The notes under the pieces are model-generated. The model searched no databases, had not been told where the DNA came from, and was given only the letters and a program-made list of their open reading frames with translations. The position numbers and the translations under genes were made by a program. From Clostridia bacterium (GTDB lineage Bacteria > Bacillota > Clostridia > JAAYHZ01), in contig JBMNIH010000010.1 in assembly GCA_050950825.1 (NCBI GenBank), positions 1 through 64,000 on the forward strand: 64,000 bases of DNA. Direction: 5' to 3'. This document shows positions 38,446-48,651 of the stretch, one piece after another; within the stretch, counting starts at the first letter, position 1; each line of letters starts with the position of its first letter.

Positions 38446-40884
38446 TTATCTACCTCCGGAAAGCTTTTCACGGTGAAACCCAAACGGTTCGATCTTTATT
38501 TTTTTTATACCGTATTTTCGGGTTTCCATCTCAAGCTCCACAGGTTCACTTCCTCCGTTCATGATACTGATATCCCCTTCTTCGCCGGTTTGTATGACAA
38601 TTCCTTCTTTCATGTGACGAACTCGACCGAAGGAATTGAAAAAGCCTGCGGAATGCTTCGGAATCATTTTCTCATATACCCACTCCGAAGAAAAGGCGGT
38701 AATCAAACCGGGGTAAATATCCATAGGGTCTTGGCTTATAGGCCGCTTTATATTCAACACCGCATTCCGGTCGTCGTGATTAAAATAGCAAAGATAATCC
38801 TCGACCTTCAATACGTCGATATTCGGGCGCCCTGCATCCCATATTTCAAGTTTTTCGTAAACTTCTTTCCCTTGCAAGTAGTCCCGGTTCGGCATGATGA
38901 CCGAAATCAATTTACCGAAAAACTCCCCCTCTTTCACAAAGAAGGGCTCGTTAATATGGTCCAGTATACATACGTCTTCCAATCCCACCCATTTCGGATA
39001 ACGATGGACGTTAATATACTTGGTCTGTTTATTATACAGAGCAATAAAGCCCATTTCGTTGTCGATGTTCATATAGTGCAAATCGGGATAATAATCCGTA
39101 ATATCCTCGCCGCCCATATACCCGAAATACCGTTTCACGCGGTGCTTCGTATAAAGGGTACGGTATCCTTTCGCAACGTCCTCGTTGTTTTTGTAGCTTT
39201 CATTCCGTATGCCGATAATGCCGGCATTTAAGGATGTGACTTTTAAGTCGCGATTGGCGGCATAGATATGAGAATATACGCACATATCGCCGGGCAATGC
39301 AATAAACCCCACGTTTTGGTCCGTCATTCCCAAACCGCGATCAACGGTTCCCCGAGCCGTGTAATGGTCCTTCTCCTTATGGATATTCACCTTCTTCATA
39401 TTTCGAACCGTATGAAAGTTCGACAAGCCGGGATCTCCTTCATATCCTTCCACGGTGATTTCTCCTATGAAATTCGCCGTTTTGGGAGTAAAAGACCACA
39501 ACCCTTTTTCCGGGAAACAAAAGACCATGCAATTGTTTCGATATGTGAAACAGGAAAAGCTTTTTCCCGAGTTTCGTATAATACTGTTGCCGTACGGATA
39601 GTGGAAAACGCCTACGGTATTGGCAGACCTTTTGGCCGGAACCTTTTTCGCAAACTTATGCAGCAAAAAGGTTAAAGCAACGGAGGAGGCCGCCATATGA
39701 TCCATCTCGAAAGCGCTTTGGTGCTCATTGATCACGAATTTTTTACCGTCTTTTTCATAAAAGCATCCGTTTCCGTTTCCGTCCTGTATGCTTTTAATCC
39801 GTTCCAAGGCCTTCTTTTCGAAAATACCCGCTTCTTCGTCGCCTTGAAGAACGTACATTACCGCATGGGTAAAATGGCTGTCGGGTAGCGTATAATACCA
39901 CCAGTCCTGGCCTTGGATCGGTATCGGGGTTCCGTCCATATCCGACCATATTTTGATGGTATTGTCGTATACATCCTTCCATCGATATGTAACCGCTTCC
40001 GGGATCTCAAGACCCGCCATTTGGTACATGATGGCGATCACCGCACGAATATGAATTCCGCAGGCGATGTAATTCGGATGTACAAACCGATGGTTTTCCG
40101 CCGTAAAGTCCGGATGGGTGGTTACCGTATTGATCCATCCTCCGGCAATCCTTCTTCCTTCCCACTTATCTTCTCTGAAAGCATCCAAATAGGTTGTACA
40201 GGAGTTAAAAGCCCACCGCTTTGCGGCCCTTTCCCACTTGTCGCGGTTCGGATGATCCTTCAGCAAAAAGCTTGCCGTGGCGATTCCCATAGCGGTCCAG
40301 GCATTTTCCTCCGTCTGTGTATCCGAATACGTCCCCGAGGGACAAGGATAGTCCATCCAACGATCGGCATAATTCTCTAAAACGTTCCATACCAATCCCT
40401 TTGTCTCGTTATCAAGGTACTCCCACAACAACCAAGCCGCTAATCCGAATCTGGAGATCGACGTCCCATGTTGACTGGCCATGAAAAAATTGTCATTCAG
40501 CCCGCCCCACTTTTTATTGCTGCAGTGCGGATTATTGGATTTTTCTCTGACGCAATCGGCAGGACCGGTATCATGGGTAAAACCCAAATACCGAATAGCC
40601 GATACGGCCTTTTGAATAATTTCATCTTTAGGTACTCTGCATAAAGCGGGATCGATTTCGTCGAAAGAAGCTACAACGGCATATACGAAGGCTGCAAAGG
40701 TTGTTTCTATTTCGTACCAATAGGATCCGCCAAAAAAATGTCCGCAATTTTCTCTTCCGTTCCACTTGCTGTAATGGTCGTCGGCGAAGTTGATCCACTT
40801 TTGCAGCATCCGGTGGGTCAAGCGAGTGACTTCGTCATCCTTGGTATCCTTTACGATGTCAAAACAAGTATAATTAAAGTTCAT
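38446..40884 (-). CDS. large cytoplasmic hypothetical protein, probable alpha/alpha-toroid + beta-sandwich (lyase-like)
   Basis: 812 aa; EENAW, ENH..VHPNY, QGQDW motifs; helical N-half and beta-rich C-half (fold is inferred). Confidence 0.65.
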   Translation of the reverse strand: MNFNYTCFDIVKDTKDDEVTRLTHRMLQKWINFADDHYSKWNGRENCGHFFGGSYWYEIETTFAAFVYAVVASFDEIDPALCRVPKDEIIQKAVSAIRYLGFTHDTGPADCVREKSNNPHCSNKKWGGLNDNFFMASQHGTSISRFGLAAWLLWEYLDNETKGLVWNVLENYADRWMDYPCPSGTYSDTQTEENAWTAMGIATASFLLKDHPNRDKWERAAKRWAFNSCTTYLDAFREDKWEGRRIAGGWINTVTTHPDFTAENHRFVHPNYIACGIHIRAVIAIMYQMAGLEIPEAVTYRWKDVYDNTIKIWSDMDGTPIPIQGQDWWYYTLPDSHFTHAVMYVLQGDEEAGIFEKKALERIKSIQDGNGNGCFYEKDGKKFVINEHQSAFEMDHMAASSVALTFLLHKFAKKVPAKRSANTVGVFHYPYGNSIIRNSGKSFSCFTYRNNCMVFCFPEKGLWSFTPKTANFIGEITVEGYEGDPGLSNFHTVRNMKKVNIHKEKDHYTARGTVDRGLGMTDQNVGFIALPGDMCVYSHIYAANRDLKVTSLNAGIIGIRNESYKNNEDVAKGYRTLYTKHRVKRYFGYMGGEDITDYYPDLHYMNIDNEMGFIALYNKQTKYINVHRYPKWVGLEDVCILDHINEPFFVKEGEFFGKLISVIMPNRDYLQGKEVYEKLEIWDAGRPNIDVLKVEDYLCYFNHDDRNAVLNIKRPISQDPMDIYPGLITAFSSEWVYEKMIPKHSAGFFNSFGRVRHMKEGIVIQTGEEGDISIMNGGSEPVELEMETRKYGIKKIKIEPFGFHREKLSGGR

Positions 40885-40934
40885 AGGACGCTACCTCGTA
40901 GTATCAGATTCTAATACGGTCTCATATAAAGGAG

Positions 40935-40961
40935 GGAAGTTGCCGTTTTATGGCAACTTCC
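40935..40961 (-). terminator. stem-loop after the solute-binding protein gene (stabiliser or partial terminator)
   Basis: GGAAGTTGCC...GGCAACTTCC. Confidence 0.6.
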
Positions 40962-40981
40962 GGGAGTCTAGGCCGATTCAG

Positions 40982-42862
40982 CTACTCTTTTAATATAAAC
41001 TTCAAACCGGGGTCGTATTTTTCAAATTCAGGATTGTTGAAGAAATCGTCAACCAACCTCTGCAAGCCGTTTGCATACAGCTGATCGATATATTGGCTCC
41101 ACTCCGTATCGAAGTTTGCAATCTGTCCCTTCAAGGCTCTGTTCTTAAAGTCGGCGATAATGGGATTCAATTGTGCGTTGATTTCCGCGCTGACTTCGTT
41201 GTATTGGGCAAACAGTTCTCTTCCCATGTAGGCTTCGGACAAGTGCTTTTCAGGGTTTAACGCATACTTTTCAAACAATCCGTAGTAGTGCATGAAGGGC
41301 ATGAACCACCAGTAACCGTCTTTTAACGCGTTGTCAATCTGGGATTGAACCGTCGAGGGTGTATAGAACAAGCTGAACACCTTCAACTGTCCTCTGTATT
41401 CTTCGGGAAGATCGGCGGCATTCACTTTAATGATATTGCTCTTGTAAGGTTCGCCTGCCCATGTGAAATGGATGCCTTCGATACCGTTGTTGTAGCGGGT
41501 ATAGTTTTCAATGCTGCTGAAGGTGGTATACTGGAGTATTCTGCAGATTCTTTCCAGTTTTCCGTCATCCACTTGGGCTCCGATCAGCTGCAATCTGTAG
41601 GATCCGGTTCCATAGGGGTCGATATCGTATGTCATATTCACGAGTTTTCCTTCGGGACCTCTGAACATGGGACCGATGACGAATCTTGCATCCTTAAATT
41701 GCTCTTGCAAGAAAATATTTTGAGGAGGATACACCTGGTAGCCGGAACTGTTTAAGTAAACATAACCGTCGCTAACAATGGACATTACGCCTACTTTGTT
41801 GGTTCCGGAGAGCTGGCAGTATTCCGTTACCCAGCTTTCTTTTCCGGGAAGGGTTGTCATATAGCCTTTTGCAATAACGTCGGCAACCCATTGTAAGTAA
41901 TCTTTATACGGAGTATAGGCATATTTCGGTACAATATCACCTGTGACCGGATCCTTGTACAGGTACTTGGCATCGTGAACAAAACCGAACAAACCTTCTT
42001 GGGTCATATTCGTCCATTGGGTTTCAGGCATATACATGGTTCCGACGGTGTCGTCGATTCCGTTTCCGTCAGGGTCGTCTTCCGTGAACTTCTTAAGTAT
42101 GTCGTTGTATTCTTCAAAAGTGAAGTTTCCTTCTGCGAAATAAATGTTATCATTGTACTGCTCATAACCGGATACGGTGGTCTTAAACGGAGTAAGCTGA
42201 CTTTCGTCAAATCCGTATCCGATAGCTTCTAACCAGTCTAAGTTCACGCAGGTAGCATCATAGAAGAACTGGCAGCTTCCCATTTGGTTGAATGTAAATC
42301 CGATGTACTCATCGTCTTTTCCCGGTACCAAATTGTACTTGAAGCCTATGGGTATCTTTTCCATTGCTTCCACATAACCCGGAATCCAATCCTTCATTTG
42401 TTGGAGGGTAATGGAACGAATGATACCGGCATCATACATGTCATAAGGCTGCATGGGAGCTTGAGGCATATAGAAGTAATCGGGAATATCTCCTGCAGCA
42501 ACCAACTGGGCCATTCTTTCCGTATTTCTACCGTCTTCCGCCCAAACCTGAAGATCTACGTTGAACAACTCTTCCAATTCCAGCTCGTCCCATCTTCCTT
42601 CTCTCCAGTCGGCGTTCAATTGAGTCAACCACGTAATCTCATAGAACGTTTCCAGAGGATTCGGCTCGGGAGCCGCTGTCGTTGTCGTTGTTTGTGCGGC
42701 TGTCGTTGTGGTAGCCGGTTTACTTGTCGTCGTTTGAGCTTTTGTTGTTGTTGTGTCGGACGCAACGGGCTCCTTCTCAGCGGATTGAGAACACCCTATC
42801 AATGATACAAGCATTGATATCACGACCAATAAACAGATCAAACAAAGCAATCGTTTAAACAT
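40982..42862 (-). CDS. carbohydrate ABC transporter solute-binding lipoprotein
   Basis: AAGGAGG SD, lipobox LIGC, Thr-rich linker, AAGDIPD, DPDGNGIDDT, GIEGIHF motifs. Confidence 0.88.
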   Translation of the reverse strand: MFKRLLCLICLLVVISMLVSLIGCSQSAEKEPVASDTTTTKAQTTTSKPATTTTAAQTTTTTAAPEPNPLETFYEITWLTQLNADWREGRWDELELEELFNVDLQVWAEDGRNTERMAQLVAAGDIPDYFYMPQAPMQPYDMYDAGIIRSITLQQMKDWIPGYVEAMEKIPIGFKYNLVPGKDDEYIGFTFNQMGSCQFFYDATCVNLDWLEAIGYGFDESQLTPFKTTVSGYEQYNDNIYFAEGNFTFEEYNDILKKFTEDDPDGNGIDDTVGTMYMPETQWTNMTQEGLFGFVHDAKYLYKDPVTGDIVPKYAYTPYKDYLQWVADVIAKGYMTTLPGKESWVTEYCQLSGTNKVGVMSIVSDGYVYLNSSGYQVYPPQNIFLQEQFKDARFVIGPMFRGPEGKLVNMTYDIDPYGTGSYRLQLIGAQVDDGKLERICRILQYTTFSSIENYTRYNNGIEGIHFTWAGEPYKSNIIKVNAADLPEEYRGQLKVFSLFYTPSTVQSQIDNALKDGYWWFMPFMHYYGLFEKYALNPEKHLSEAYMGRELFAQYNEVSAEINAQLNPIIADFKNRALKGQIANFDTEWSQYIDQLYANGLQRLVDDFFNNPEFEKYDPGLKFILKE

Positions 42863-43145
42863 ATTTGTAACCTCCTTATATATAGGCGCGAAAATTTTTT
42901 TCAGCACCGGTTATCCGTAAAAAAGCAATAGTAAAATTGTGCAATGAACAATACGTTTTTCACTGCAAAAAAATCCCCGTTTCCGGTCTTTCGAAGTATA
43001 AATGTTTTCCGATTTCTTGTTATGTGCCTGATGATAGTGTATAATATAAGCAGGAATATTTCCTTGACTATCATGCAATTTATTAGTAATATCCTACAAA
43101 ATTCATTTTCATACGTTCTCTCGTATGGAAAAAGAGGTGTTGAAG

Positions 43146-44024
43146 ATGACCCATCACGCATTATATAGAAAGCCCTATTTACCGGATTCCTATTTCCCCA
43201 TCATCATTCGGCGGGTTCGCTATGCGGTCCAAGGTCCTATTTGCGACAGCCATTGGCATGAGCAAATAGAAATATTGTATTTTGTTGAGGCCGATGCGGT
43301 AGTGGAATGTAATTTCAACGATATCAAAGTGAAATCCCGGGACATCATCTATATCAACAGCAACGAGCTTCATCGAATCTACAACCCGGGAGGAAAAGCC
43401 TTGGAGTATTACTGCATCGCTTTTGACCCTTCCTTGATTCAAAGCAGCTTTTTTGACTCCATCAACAGCAAATATATCGTTCCCATCGAAAACAACCAAA
43501 TCCTGTTTAAAAACAGAATCAGCGACGATCCTACCGTTTCTCGATATATCAGCGAAATGATATGGGAGGCGGAAACCAACGAGGAAGGCTATGAAATTGC
43601 CGTAAAAGCCTACGTCTATTTGCTTTTGGTGTGTCTGCTCCGTAGCCATAAAAAAGCGGTACTCAGCAAAAAGGAATCCCGTATTCGGAGCAACAACTTG
43701 GATTGCTTGAACAAAGTCATCGTGTACATAGAAGAGCACTACAACGAAAGGCTTACGGTCAACCAATTGGCCCGCTATGCCGGTATGAGCACATCCAATC
43801 TGCATCTTTTGTTTAAAAAAGCCTCCGGCAAAACCATCACCGACTACATAAACCAGGTGCGGATACAAAACGCCGATCGCCTTTTAAGAAACTCCGATAT
43901 GAACATATCGGAAATTGCAACCGCCGTAGGCGTGGATGACAGCAATTACTTTACCAAGCTGTTTAAAAAGTACAAGAAAATCGCGCCTTCTCAAATTCGG
44001 AAGGCCGAAGGGACCGGTGCTTAA
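43146..44024 (+). CDS. AraC family regulator (cupin + HTH)
   Basis: HWHEQIE, NELH, ISEIA..VG..DSNYF.KLFKK. Confidence 0.93.
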   Translation: MTHHALYRKPYLPDSYFPIIIRRVRYAVQGPICDSHWHEQIEILYFVEADAVVECNFNDIKVKSRDIIYINSNELHRIYNPGGKALEYYCIAFDPSLIQSSFFDSINSKYIVPIENNQILFKNRISDDPTVSRYISEMIWEAETNEEGYEIAVKAYVYLLLVCLLRSHKKAVLSKKESRIRSNNLDCLNKVIVYIEEHYNERLTVNQLARYAGMSTSNLHLLFKKASGKTITDYINQVRIQNADRLLRNSDMNISEIATAVGVDDSNYFTKLFKKYKKIAPSQIRKAEGTGA

Positions 44025-45379
44025 GAAGACAAATACGCTCCCTGCTCGATTAAAATCCTCCGAAGCTCTTTGACGGGAACCTCTTTGGGAATCGTTTGAT
44101 GCTTTAAAGAAAGATACGCCGCAACCCCTCCGCCGTGGCCGATGGCTCCCGCCGTAGGCGTGGTTCGAATGGCCCCTTGGGCTTCAAAGGTAGCCGAGAT
44201 ACATCTTCCTACCGTTATCAAATTTACGACATCTTTGTTCACTAAACAGCGATAAGGTATGCTGTAGACCGTACCGTGCTTAATATGCATATCGTCCTTG
44301 ACGGCGACTTCTTTTCCGTCCGGGCTATGGATATCAATGGGATACCCTGCATGCGCTATGGTATCCTCGAATTTTGTACCTTTCAAAATGTCTTCGTGGG
44401 TCAGGGTGTATAAGCCCTTGATTTGTCGTGAGCTTCGAGCGCCGACCGAAGGGCCGGATTGCAGCAATATCGCATTTTCGAACCCGGGAATTCGGTTTTT
44501 AAAAAAGGTCTCCAGCTCGCGAACTTGCTTTCTCCCCTCGATTTCGGCCTTGGTCAGTTGATCGGGATCCGTCGGATCGTATCCGTAAAGGCGGCTTGTG
44601 TTTATGATGACCTCTCCCGGATTGTTTGTTTCAAAAAACAAAACACCCTCCAACCTTTCCGTGATCTCTTTGTTTTCAATCGCTTTTTCCAATGTTTTTA
44701 CGAAACCGCTTACGGACAGATGGGAAGCCATGTTCACCATCCGGGTGTTTCCTTTCAAATACGGAAATTCCTCCGGATGGTCCAAAACATAAGCTTTTAC
44801 CTTTTCAAGATCCACATTCCCCATCTTCATGTTCATGGTTAAAGGCTGGCATGCACCGTCGGGGACCCTGCCTTTTGTACATTCCACTCCTGCCCATGCC
44901 GACAAATCTCCGTCCCCGGTGGCATCGATAAAAATCTTAGCGCGAATAGGATTGATTCCGGCTTTGTTGCATACGTAAATCGCTTCGATACACTGACCCT
45001 TCTTTTCCACGCCGGCCAACATGGTATGATACAAAACTTCGCCGCCGCTCTCTTGCAGCATCAATTCCATCTCGTGCTTCATCCATTCCGCATCGAAGGG
45101 CGTCACCGTATAGGTGTATCCGATGGTGTCAAAAACATGACCCGGAGATTTTTTCTTTTTCACCATTCGGTCGATCAATTCGGAGGTAATGCCTCGGACG
45201 ACTTGGTCTGCTCCCGCATGGAAAGTCATCATGGGACCTACCCCGGCCATGGTCAGCATGCCCCCTAAAAAGCCGTATTGCTCGACAACCAATACCTTCG
45301 CACCGAGTCGAGAGGCGGCTACGGCTGCGGCAAAACCCGATATGCCGCCGCCAACCACACAAATATCCGTATATCGCAT
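44021..45379 (-). CDS. FAD-dependent oxidoreductase
   Basis: VVGGG.SG, IDATGDGD, IPYRCL, GRCISA motifs. Confidence 0.9.
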   Translation of the reverse strand: MRYTDICVVGGGISGFAAAVAASRLGAKVLVVEQYGFLGGMLTMAGVGPMMTFHAGADQVVRGITSELIDRMVKKKKSPGHVFDTIGYTYTVTPFDAEWMKHEMELMLQESGGEVLYHTMLAGVEKKGQCIEAIYVCNKAGINPIRAKIFIDATGDGDLSAWAGVECTKGRVPDGACQPLTMNMKMGNVDLEKVKAYVLDHPEEFPYLKGNTRMVNMASHLSVSGFVKTLEKAIENKEITERLEGVLFFETNNPGEVIINTSRLYGYDPTDPDQLTKAEIEGRKQVRELETFFKNRIPGFENAILLQSGPSVGARSSRQIKGLYTLTHEDILKGTKFEDTIAHAGYPIDIHSPDGKEVAVKDDMHIKHGTVYSIPYRCLVNKDVVNLITVGRCISATFEAQGAIRTTPTAGAIGHGGGVAAYLSLKHQTIPKEVPVKELRRILIEQGAYLSS

Positions 45380-45426
45380 AAAAAATTATCTCCTCGTACA
45401 TGATCTTATGTCATTTTACCATAAAA

Positions 45427-45711
45427 TCAGATTTCCGAATCCGCCCCTTGCGAAATATCGATCATCTCCGCCGTGGAAAGCACCATGCCGTTGTCCAAGG
45501 ATTCCGGATCGCTGTCTTCTTTCGGGTTATGAAATGCCTTTTTCTCTTGATCTTCTTGGGGCTTTTTATACCCGTCACCGGCGGCATCTACAATAGGATA
45601 GCCGGTCATGGGCGTTCGACTTCCCTTTTTTAAGTTGTATTTTCTTACAATTACAGGATCCAGCTTGTACAGATTCCCCTCGATATTAACGAAAAGTTCC
45701 TGTTCATCCAT
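45427..45711 (-). CDS. small acidic hypothetical protein
   Basis: AAGGAGG SD; 94-aa ORF filling the intergenic gap. Confidence 0.75.
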   Translation of the reverse strand: MDEQELFVNIEGNLYKLDPVIVRKYNLKKGSRTPMTGYPIVDAAGDGYKKPQEDQEKKAFHNPKEDSDPESLDNGMVLSTAEMIDISQGADSEI

Positions 45712-45881
45712 TTTGCATCCTCCTTCAACATGTTTTCTTTTTTAGGTTTTGTAAAAAAGAAAAATGTATCCGAAAGTACAATAAATATTTCGGCTGTCCG
45801 AATATTATCACAAAAGCTTTATCGTTTTCCCGTGGTATAATATTGCAAAGCCATTTATTCCTGCAAGAGGAGAATAAGGAA

Positions 45882-48596
45882 ATGATAAATTATGAAACCT
45901 CGCTGTTACGTTGGAAGGAAAACAGGGACAAGTGCACCGTAAAAGACTTTTTTTACAAGGAAAGCACTCTGGAGCAAGCTCGACAAGGTTTTTTAAATAA
46001 TCATCCGGTCATGGTTTCTCTTTGCAATAGCATCAAGGAAAAATTCGGATATCTGTTGGAAACGGATTCCGAATACCTAATCCGAATGATTGAAGACACC
46101 ACACCCGGTCCATGCCACATGAATCTGTCTCCCGAACACGATTTCGGTGTTCCCCACGGCGTATGGACGTGGGATCCGAAGGACCCGGACGTCATCGTAG
46201 ACGAAATTACAAAAACTCGATTCCCCAATGATAAGTATCCGGAAACCGGCGTTTTGGAAACGCATTGGGGACGTCCTCAGCGATTCACCTTCTACACCGG
46301 AAAATCCATTCTGTACAACCGCTATCATATCTTTGCAAGCTTCAGCGGAAAGGTTCGATTTTACAAAGTTCAGTACATGACGGAAGCCGCTTACAACCTG
46401 GCCTTTTTGTACCGATTGACGGGACATTTCCCGTACGCACAAAAAGCTCGGGAAATACTGCTGCGCTTTGCCGAAGTCTACCCCTATTGGCTGGCCCACG
46501 GCATGTACGGAGATATCGCCGATATGGACCCGAGGATTGCAGGGCAAGACCCCGCCAATTTACCGTATCCGAGGACCTGCCTGCCTCCTAATGAGTCGAT
46601 CCGGTCGATTCACGTAGGCTATTGGAGCTTAGGAAGAGCCACCGCATCGGGACAGGAAGGAGGAGGCTTCCTGCTGCCCATGTGCATTACCTATTCCCTT
46701 ATCGCCGATGCCGTATCCCCCGAAAATATTCCTCTTTTTACCCAAGAGGAACGATACAAAATCGAAAAGGATATTCTTTTAGAGGGGATCTCTTTGGTTG
46801 TAAACGATACGAAGCTGAACAACAAATCCTGCAGCAACCGCTTCGCCGCTTTGGCGGTAGGTATACTAACAGGCGTAGAAGAGTACATCCGGTTCGGCCT
46901 GGAGGGCTTCTTTAATATCGTGGAGGACTGGTATTTAAAGGACGGCAGTACCTCGGAGTCTCCTTCCTACAGCATGATGGTTATGAACTCCATGTGGATA
47001 GCATCGGAGCTTATCGACGGATGCGAGAAGATAACCCGAGACGGGAAGCCCTTTGACGTATATCGGTGGGATAAATACCGCGCCGTGTGGAAAGGGATGT
47101 ACGATACTTTGCTTCAAAACTGCCAATACCCCCCTAGCGCCGATTGCCGAATGGGCACAAAGCTGTCCCCCTTATATATTCAAGTATTGGCTCATCGGTT
47201 CGGAAATCCGGAATACAAAGCCCTTCTTAAGCAATGTCCCGAAGTCGGCCTTCCTTCAAGAAGCATGTATCATTTTCTTCCGGACCTTGATGAAGCCCCA
47301 AAGCAATACGATCTCATATTCCGAGATCAATATTTTCCCGACTTCGGTCAAGCCTATTTAAGAATAGGAAAGAATAATCAAAAAGGTACCTTCATCCTTT
47401 ATGCTACCGATTGGGGCATTCATCATCATATGGACAGTCTGAACATCTTTTATTATTGGAACGGAAACGAATGGCTGTCCGATTTAGGGTATTTATGGGA
47501 CCAGCCGGAGCGGTATATGACCGTACGGACAGCGGCCCACAATCTGGTGGTTATCGATGAAAAAGACCAAATCCGAGAAGGTCGAGGCGGCGATTTGAAT
47601 CGGTTTGTAATCCTACCCGAAAAATGGAAAATAGCGGACGCATCCTCTCACGCTTACCCGGACGCATCCGTCTATCGTCGGGCGGTGATGCTGTGCGAGC
47701 ATTCCCCGGATCATCATTATATACTCGATTTGTTCCGTGTCCAAGGAGGAGAGGTCCGGGATCTTCTGCTCCACGGTCCCTCCATGGATTACACAATAGA
47801 AAATGCCGAATCCGGTCCTTGGGACGAAAAGCTTCCCTACGAATTGAAAAATGCCAAAAGGCTTTCTTCGACAAAGGACCTGACAATTACTTGGAAAGGT
47901 AAGGACCGAAACCTTTTCGGCCTTCATATTCCGGAAAACGGTAGTAAAAACGAGCGAATTCTCATGACGGAGGGTTGGGGACAAAGAGGCGTCACCGACG
48001 TAGGTGCCGTACTGCCCTACTTAATGAGAAGACATGAAGGAAAAGATCCCCATACCTTCATTACGATTTATTCAAGCTCGGAAAACGATCCCTTCGTTTT
48101 ATCAAGCAGATGCTTCCAAAGCCAAGACGAAAACATGGTCCTTTGCGAGGTTCAAACGCAATCCGGAAAAGACCTTCTCGTTTATCGCTTCGGACCGGGA
48201 GAAACCGTCGTAGACACTCCTTACGGTTCCTTAGAATACGACGGAGCGGCGGCTTGGATTCAAGACACAAAAGATCCTAAGGTCTATTTGTACGGAGGGG
48301 GAGCATTGCGTTTTGCGGGCCGCGAATGGAAGGCGTGTCACGAGACCTTGACAGGGGATATAGAAAGCTTCGACGAGAACGGTTTTTACGTATCCGTACC
48401 CTACGACCAAGCAAAGGATTGGATCGGAAGATCCGTCTATATTCAAAACGACCGAAGAAACACAGGATACTTGGTAAAAGGCATAATCAAAGAAAAAGAG
48501 GGTTCGAAAATTCTCACAAGATCCGAAGACGGCGACGGTTTTTCTTTCTTAGGCGGAAGGTCGTGGAGGATGGATGACGTAACGATTTACGAATAA
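45882..48596 (+). CDS. heparinase II/III-like polysaccharide lyase family protein
   Basis: DGSTSESPSY, HHHMDSLN, SDLGY, TAAHNLVVID motifs; no signal peptide. Confidence 0.85.
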   Translation: MINYETSLLRWKENRDKCTVKDFFYKESTLEQARQGFLNNHPVMVSLCNSIKEKFGYLLETDSEYLIRMIEDTTPGPCHMNLSPEHDFGVPHGVWTWDPKDPDVIVDEITKTRFPNDKYPETGVLETHWGRPQRFTFYTGKSILYNRYHIFASFSGKVRFYKVQYMTEAAYNLAFLYRLTGHFPYAQKAREILLRFAEVYPYWLAHGMYGDIADMDPRIAGQDPANLPYPRTCLPPNESIRSIHVGYWSLGRATASGQEGGGFLLPMCITYSLIADAVSPENIPLFTQEERYKIEKDILLEGISLVVNDTKLNNKSCSNRFAALAVGILTGVEEYIRFGLEGFFNIVEDWYLKDGSTSESPSYSMMVMNSMWIASELIDGCEKITRDGKPFDVYRWDKYRAVWKGMYDTLLQNCQYPPSADCRMGTKLSPLYIQVLAHRFGNPEYKALLKQCPEVGLPSRSMYHFLPDLDEAPKQYDLIFRDQYFPDFGQAYLRIGKNNQKGTFILYATDWGIHHHMDSLNIFYYWNGNEWLSDLGYLWDQPERYMTVRTAAHNLVVIDEKDQIREGRGGDLNRFVILPEKWKIADASSHAYPDASVYRRAVMLCEHSPDHHYILDLFRVQGGEVRDLLLHGPSMDYTIENAESGPWDEKLPYELKNAKRLSSTKDLTITWKGKDRNLFGLHIPENGSKNERILMTEGWGQRGVTDVGAVLPYLMRRHEGKDPHTFITIYSSSENDPFVLSSRCFQSQDENMVLCEVQTQSGKDLLVYRFGPGETVVDTPYGSLEYDGAAAWIQDTKDPKVYLYGGGALRFAGREWKACHETLTGDIESFDENGFYVSVPYDQAKDWIGRSVYIQNDRRNTGYLVKGIIKEKEGSKILTRSEDGDGFSFLGGRSWRMDDVTIYE

Positions 48597-48604
48597 AGGC
48601 TTTT

Positions 48605-48641
48605 AAAAAAATCCCTTCCGGCTTTGCCGGAGGGATTTTTT
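48605..48641. terminator. bidirectional terminator
   Basis: A7-TCCCTTCCGGC-TTT-GCCGGAGGGA-T6. Confidence 0.85.
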
Positions 48642-48651
48642 ATTCCTTGGT

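Noticed and set aside
38473-39231. Long antisense ORFs (also 37279-37863, 43179-43868, 48688-49398, 3031-3597 and many shorter ones)
   Set aside because: They lie fully opposite well-supported genes, lack SDs or motifs, and are explained as codon-bias shadows.
42670-42760. (GTT/GTC)n-like low-complexity repeat
   Set aside because: It encodes the Thr-rich linker of the lipoprotein; not a CRISPR or contingency repeat.
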